NCBI RefSeq assembly: GCF_002075285.3
Contig: NZ_CP021983.2
Location: 210,001 to 242,000, forward strand
From: Halomicronema hongdechloris C2206
GTDB lineage: Bacteria > Cyanobacteriota > Cyanobacteriia > Phormidesmidales > Phormidesmidaceae
Length of the DNA: 32,000 nucleotides
Direction of reading: 5' to 3'
The translations under genes were made by a program, and so were the position numbers. Positions 27,523 through 32,000 of the stretch are shown here, piece after piece; the stretch's first letter is position 1; each line of letters starts with the position of its first letter. Under the pieces are notes generated by a model. The model was not told where the DNA came from, did no database searches, and saw only the letters and a list, made by a program, of their open reading frames with translations.

Positions 27523-27962
27523 ATGCGGTTATCGCCATCCTATCTCTGGGGTCTGAGCCAGTTAGCAATATTGCTCAGTATATGGGGATGTAGCACCTCG
27601 TCATCCCCCCCCCCTTCCGGTCTGCGTCGTCGGCTCGCCCTTCAGCCATTCCCATTTCTATTGAGGCTGTTCCCGATCAAGGAACAGCCCCGGTCTATTT
27701 GCAGGGCCGAGTCACCTCAAAAATTCCATTGCTCAACAGTGGCCTCTACCAACTGCGAGATCGCTCGGGCGACATCTGGATCTTGACCCAGGAGCCGCTG
27801 CCGCCGTTGCGCCATCAGGTATCATTGCGGGGACAGATTCACTATGAGCCCATTTTGATCGACGGACAAGACATAGGCGAGCATTATATTGAAGAGCTAG
27901 AACGTCTCTCAGAGACAATGCCTGCGCAATCATCTACTCCTTCAGCCCAGGGTGACCATTAG
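27523..27962 (+). pseudogene. Exported (lipoprotein-like) OB-fold-like protein gene interrupted by a frameshift in a C10 tract
   Basis: ORF 27523..27786 encodes a signal peptide plus LSIWGC. ORF 27699..27962 is open in its own frame back to 27594 and encodes the mature part (IEAVPDQGTAPVYLQGRVTSK...). The two frames cross at cccccccccc (27605-27614). One extra C would fuse them. Confidence 0.6.
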
Positions 27963-28130
27963 ACTGCGGAATCAGGCCCTGACCCTATATTTCCGACGCC
28001 ATTGCCTAGCTGATCCCAGCCTCTCTACGGACAACGATCAGAATCCTTGGTCCGATGCGCAGGCTGAAATGGTAGTCTCTAATTATTAGATGCTGTGTAT
28101 AGATTTCTATCTGTGAGAGGACTAGGGCAG

Positions 28131-28553
28131 ATGAAACGATTGTTAGGCCTATTAATTGCGTTGGGTGTACTGTTTACGTCCATGAGTGGTCTGTTTGCCC
28201 CGCCGGCAACAGCGGCACTACTCCATGGCAATGGGATGACATCTCTGGTGTTGGCAGAAGAGATTCGCAATCCCGTTGATGCCAAGCTAGGCACCGAGTA
28301 CGGTTCGAAATTAGACCTGAATAATGCTAATGTTCAGGCCTTCACTGATTATCCTGGCTTATATCCCACCCTGGCCCGTAAGATTTTGACTAATGCTCCC
28401 TATGGTTCTGTGGAGGATGTCTTGAACTTACCGGGTCTAAGTGAGCGCCAAGTTCAGGTGTTAAAGGATAATCTCGATAACTTCACCGTGACTCCGCCGG
28501 ATCCGGCCCTGGTAGAAGGGGCAGATCGGTTTAACAACGGCGTTTACAAGTAA
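28131..28553 (+). CDS. psbU: Photosystem II 12-kDa extrinsic protein PsbU
   Basis: The [14 protein letters not shown] signal peptide is followed by [26 protein letters not shown]...[17 protein letters not shown], a helix-hairpin-helix pattern typical of PsbU. The track ORF starts at a GTG at 28095. Confidence 0.88.
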   Translation: MKRLLGLLIALGVLFTSMSGLFAPPATAALLHGNGMTSLVLAEEIRNPVDAKLGTEYGSKLDLNNANVQAFTDYPGLYPTLARKILTNAPYGSVEDVLNLPGLSERQVQVLKDNLDNFTVTPPDPALVEGADRFNNGVYK

Positions 28554-28583
28554 ACGGTTCCAGTCCCAATCCAGTTTTTGATT

Positions 28584-28645
28584 TCGCTCCGATCGATGGC
28601 CTGAAGATCACTATGTGGTCGTTCTAGGTACCTTGATCGGAGCGA
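28584..28645 (+). terminator. Long inverted repeat downstream of psbU (possible terminator or RNA-processing structure)
   Basis: The perfect 11-bp arms tcgctccgatc (28584-28594) and gatcggagcga (28635-28645) are separated by 40 nt and followed by ttcttg. The long loop makes this atypical for an intrinsic terminator. Confidence 0.3.
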
Positions 28646-28770
28646 TTCTTGTAGCAACTGACATCACACTTGATATTACGAGTGCCAGCTAGTCAGTTGC
28701 CGCAGAATTGGCCATGGCGCGTTAAACTTGTCCAACGCTGCTGGTCAACGCCATATCTGAGTGAACTGTC

Positions 28771-30429
28771 TTGGTCCAGTCTTCCCTTCCAAATGCGATC
28801 GACGTGCTGGTGATTGGTAGCGGTGCAGCTGGGCTGTATGCTGCCCTGAGCCTGCCCCAAAGGCTACGGGTCTGTCTGATCACGAAAGATACCCTGGATC
28901 GATCGGCCAGTGATTGGGCTCAAGGGGGAATCGCTGCTGCGATCGCACCTGATGATTCCGTACACCTGCACATCGCTGACACTCTGCAGGCAGGAGGTGG
29001 ACTCTGTGATCCAGATGCCGTCAGACAGCTAGCCGAGCACGCCTCCGATTGCATTGCCCACCTAGTGGACCTAGGGGTCGCCTTCGATCGCGACAACGGC
29101 CAGCTAGCCCTCACCCTAGAAGCCGCCCATTCTCGCCGCCGAGTGCTCCATGCCGCCGACACCACCGGCCATGCCGTGATCTCAACCCTGGTCCATACGG
29201 TCTTGGCCCGTCCTAATATCACTATTCTGGAACAGGCCTTCATCATCGACCTGTGGCTTGACTCAGCAGGCCATTGCTTGGGAGTCCTCAGTCTGTATCA
29301 GGGCAATCTCCACTGGTTTAGGGCGGCGGCAACAGTTTTGGCCACCGGTGGTGGCGGCCAGGTATTTGCCCAGACCACCAATCCCCCAGCCAGCACTGGC
29401 GACGGCGTTGCCATGGCCTGGCGAGCTGGGGCCCTGCTGCGGGACTTGGAATTCGTTCAATTTCATCCCACTGCCCTCACCTTGCCAAAAGCCCCGCGCT
29501 TCCTCATCAGTGAAGCCGTACGCGGTGAAGGGGCTCACCTAATCGACCACAGCGGCCATCGCTTCGCCTTCGACTACCATCCCCAAGGAGAGCTAGCCCC
29601 TCGAGATATCGTCAGTCGAGCCATTTTTTCCCACCTGCAAGCCCAAAAGAACGAGACTGGCGTAGTCTGGTTAGACCTGCGCCCAATTCCCACCGACCGG
29701 CTGCAGCAGAGATTCCCCAATATTCTCAAGGTCTGCCGTCAATGGGGCCTAGATCCCCTACAGGAGCGGATTCCCGTGTCCCCCGCCGCCCACTACTGGA
29801 TGGGAGGCATCTGGACCGATCTAACCAGCGCCACCTCCTGTTCTGGCCTCTATGCCCTCGGAGAAACCGCCAGCACTGGTGTCCATGGAGCCAATCGGCT
29901 AGCCAGCAACTCCCTGCTAGAGTGCCTGGTATACGGTGCCCAGCTTAGGACCATTCCCATCCACGCCATTGCAGCCGTAGCCTGGTCTTCCCCTGTCCCT
30001 TTGTCGCCCTTAGAGCTGCCCTCGATAGATTGGCTAGCGTGGCGAGCCGCCCTAACTCAGTTACTCTGGCAAACTGCTGGAATCTGTCGGCATCAGGATC
30101 GGCTCGCCCCTGCCATTGATCGAGTGACCCAGTGGCAGACACAGCTCGCCCAGCATCCCCTCAGCCAACTGATCGAGACCCTAACGCCTGCTACGTCCTA
30201 CCAGCTGCCAGAAACATTGTCTGAGAACACCCTGCGGCAATGGGGAGAACTGCGAAATCTCCTCGATAGTGCCTGGCTCATCCTTAAGAGTGCTGCTTTC
30301 CGGCAGGAAAGCCGCGGGGGGCATTACCGCACTGACTTCCCCCACACCGAGGTATCGTGGCGCACGCATACCCTGGTGCAAGGGACCCGTTGGTGGCGCT
30401 CTCAGCCGATTATGGACCCTGATGAATAG
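28771..30429 (+). CDS. nadB: L-aspartate oxidase
   Basis: 552 aa with an FAD-binding VLVIGSGAAGLYAAL motif, plus AQGGIAA, HYWMGGI and ESRGGHYR. Confidence 0.92.
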   Translation: MVQSSLPNAIDVLVIGSGAAGLYAALSLPQRLRVCLITKDTLDRSASDWAQGGIAAAIAPDDSVHLHIADTLQAGGGLCDPDAVRQLAEHASDCIAHLVDLGVAFDRDNGQLALTLEAAHSRRRVLHAADTTGHAVISTLVHTVLARPNITILEQAFIIDLWLDSAGHCLGVLSLYQGNLHWFRAAATVLATGGGGQVFAQTTNPPASTGDGVAMAWRAGALLRDLEFVQFHPTALTLPKAPRFLISEAVRGEGAHLIDHSGHRFAFDYHPQGELAPRDIVSRAIFSHLQAQKNETGVVWLDLRPIPTDRLQQRFPNILKVCRQWGLDPLQERIPVSPAAHYWMGGIWTDLTSATSCSGLYALGETASTGVHGANRLASNSLLECLVYGAQLRTIPIHAIAAVAWSSPVPLSPLELPSIDWLAWRAALTQLLWQTAGICRHQDRLAPAIDRVTQWQTQLAQHPLSQLIETLTPATSYQLPETLSENTLRQWGELRNLLDSAWLILKSAAFRQESRGGHYRTDFPHTEVSWRTHTLVQGTRWWRSQPIMDPDE

Positions 30430-30620
30430 GTGGGAGGACGGCTTGCCCTGGGCGTAGTCGTTTCGCCAAGCGACATGAAAGGCTTTGCCTGCCCGGAGGG
30501 CATAGGGAGAGTGGATGGGGGGATGGGTTAGCGTAGGTCGTGCCGCTGAAACTGGGTAAGCAACGCTTGGCAAGGAAAGGACCTACGGAACAGGGGGCGG
30601 CAAGACCATCCTAAGAAAAA

Positions 30621-30656
30621 GCTGTCCCCAGTCTCGGACGGACACCTGGGGACAGC
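30621..30656 (-). terminator. Rho-independent terminator oriented for the minus strand
   Basis: On the minus strand the stem is GCUGUCCCCAG with a 14-nt loop and CUGGGGACAGC (11 bp perfect), followed directly by UUUUUCUU. On the plus strand the A-tract precedes the stem, so it is not plus-oriented. Confidence 0.6.
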
Positions 30657-31006
30657 CGACTCACTCTAGCGATTCATTTCATGGGAACCAGCCTGTAGGC
30701 TGATAGTTGTCCAGGGGTTAAACGTAACACTAGGGTCGATGCCGCTAATGGTTGCCGTTGCTGCTTTATGCAAGTTTCAATCGTCGGTTAAGCCTGTCTG
30801 AGATCTGGGTCAGAATAACCGCCCCATTGCACTAGGCTGGTCTGGAATAGCGGACCGCTCTGGGGCTATTCGCTGGCCTGGAGGCCCCTGATTTCTGAGC
30901 ATTGCCCTGGGACGCGGCCATTTTTAGGCGGGACCCATGGAGTTTTGGGGGGGGGGACGCAACCATTTTTGACCGGTCCTGCTCTATGGCTGCTACAAGT
31001 GTGATC

Positions 31007-31954
31007 TCAGACTGTCTGCAGCGAAAAGAAATCGTCGAAGATTTTGTGGCCTACGTCGTTGAGGCGGCTTTGCAGGTTGTCTAGGAACTCGTGCATGCCT
31101 GCTTGCACCACTTCGTCGATGGTGGTGTAATCCAATTCTGAGCGCAGTCGACCCAGGGTTCGCTGGCTGCTGGTGCGCCAGGTGCCGGTGACGGTGCCGG
31201 CGATGTTATGCAGCGACTCTTCTGCTTGCAACAGACAAAATTGAATCGAGCGGGGAAATTCGCGGTTGAGAATCAAGAACTTGGTGACGCCGATGGGGGT
31301 GATGCGATACTGGCACTTGCGGTACATCTCGTAGGCACTGGCGGATTTCAGCAGGGCAATCCACTGCAGGTCATCGAGGGGAGAGCCGACGTCGCTGACT
31401 TCCGGCAGCAGAATGAAGTATTTGACGTCTAGGATGCGGGCGGTCTTGTCGGCCCGTTCTAGCAATCGTCCTAATTGGCCGAAGTGCCAACCTTCGTTGT
31501 GGGCCATGGTGGCGTCCATTACCCCGGCAAAGAGATGGCTAGCCATTTTGACTTCCGGGAAGAAGCTGTGCAAATCCGAGAGGGAGCCGTTGTCGGCGGC
31601 CTCTTTCACCATCAGATAAAAGGCATTCACCTGCTCCCACATTTCTGAGGAGATGATCTCACGGACCGAGCGGGCGTTTTCTCGGGCCGCCCGTAGGCAA
31701 GAAATGACCGAGTTGGGATAGCTGCGGTCGAAGGTGAGAAAGCGCAGCACATTGTCGGCGGTGGCCTCGCCATAGCGTTCCTTGAAAATCTTTTGGTCGC
31801 CGGTGATCACCACCAGGGGGTCCCATTGCTGTTGCATGCCGATGGGGGCGTCCATCAGCAAATTGAGATTAACGTCGACAAAGCGGGCCACGTTTTCGGC
31901 CCGTTCTACATAGCGGTTCATCCAGTAGATGGAATCGGCGACTCGGCTGAGCAT
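31007..31954 (-). CDS. Alpha-E domain (DUF403) protein
   Basis: 315 aa. The N-terminal MLSRVADSIYWMNRYVERAENVAR is the hallmark start of alpha-E domain proteins. Confidence 0.85.
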   Translation of the reverse strand: MLSRVADSIYWMNRYVERAENVARFVDVNLNLLMDAPIGMQQQWDPLVVITGDQKIFKERYGEATADNVLRFLTFDRSYPNSVISCLRAARENARSVREIISSEMWEQVNAFYLMVKEAADNGSLSDLHSFFPEVKMASHLFAGVMDATMAHNEGWHFGQLGRLLERADKTARILDVKYFILLPEVSDVGSPLDDLQWIALLKSASAYEMYRKCQYRITPIGVTKFLILNREFPRSIQFCLLQAEESLHNIAGTVTGTWRTSSQRTLGRLRSELDYTTIDEVVQAGMHEFLDNLQSRLNDVGHKIFDDFFSLQTV

Positions 31955-31957
31955 GGC

Positions 31958-32000
31958 TTAGAGATTGAGTGCAATCGGTGACGTGGGCGGAATCCGGGGG
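31958..32000 (-). CDS. 3' end of an upstream ORF, possibly a circularly permuted ATP-grasp type 2 protein
   Basis: The minus frame is open from the window edge (...PRIPPTSPIALNL) to a TAA at 31958-31960, 3 nt before the alpha-E ATG. The product is guessed only from the known ATP-grasp/alpha-E synteny. Confidence 0.3.
   Translation of the reverse strand, partial: PRIPPTSPIALNL

Noticed and set aside
30181-30573. 130-aa minus-strand ORF at the nadB 3' end
   Set aside because: It is mostly antisense to the well-supported nadB gene. The translation is R/P/A-rich with no recognisable motif, which is typical of a shadow ORF in GC-rich coding DNA.
30909-30970. c-di-GMP (GEMM-I-like) riboswitch suggested by the GGGACGCAA/GGGACGCGG strings
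   Set aside because: Only a short string resembles the GEMM core. The expected paired helices and tetraloop-receptor arrangement are not evident. No plus-strand gene follows that it could control.
30902-31084. 60-aa plus-strand ORF overlapping the alpha-E 3' end
   Set aside because: Half of it is antisense to the alpha-E gene and the rest covers the G10 repeat region. There is no support for coding.

Overview
This window looks like a cyanobacterial chromosomal segment. It has roughly mid-50s % GC by eye, at least 11 copies of the HIP1 palindrome GCGATCGC, and the genes psbU, chlH, ycf54 and ycf46. Most of it is densely packed core housekeeping: the chlH 3' end, an aldo/keto reductase, a rpmH-rnpA-PH-yidC-jag-yceD-ycf46 string, pntAB, clpS, a Trm1-type tRNA methyltransferase, pdxJ, a folD-crtE-PAP2 trio, psbU and nadB. 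Accessory-looking content is limited:
- one intact IS4-family insertion sequence with a 10-bp target duplication
- a low-GC orphan sulfotransferase
- an orphan WecB/TagA glycosyltransferase behind a 660-nt AT-rich ORF-free block
- a string of uncharacterised small membrane proteins
- an alpha-E (DUF403) gene at the right edge

I found no rRNA, tRNA or CRISPR array, and no recognisable defence or secondary-metabolite island. I cannot honestly point to a clear novel multi-gene system. The observations most worth a second look are:
- a C10 homopolymer that splits an exported OB-fold-like protein gene into two frames
- a G10 tract flanked by 17-nt direct repeats, in a ~350-nt stretch between the alpha-E stop and a canonical minus-strand terminator
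- compound tandem repeats in the divergent promoter upstream of folD
- an MFS gene that seems to lack its central helices
- two long ORF-poor regions (7274-7934 and 15677-16563)
- conserved-looking but functionally unexplained gene couplings (crtE with PAP2, rnpA with a PH-domain gene, clpS with a small ORF and trm1)

All protein family calls come from reading the supplied translations and recognising motifs from memory. No alignments or database searches were run.
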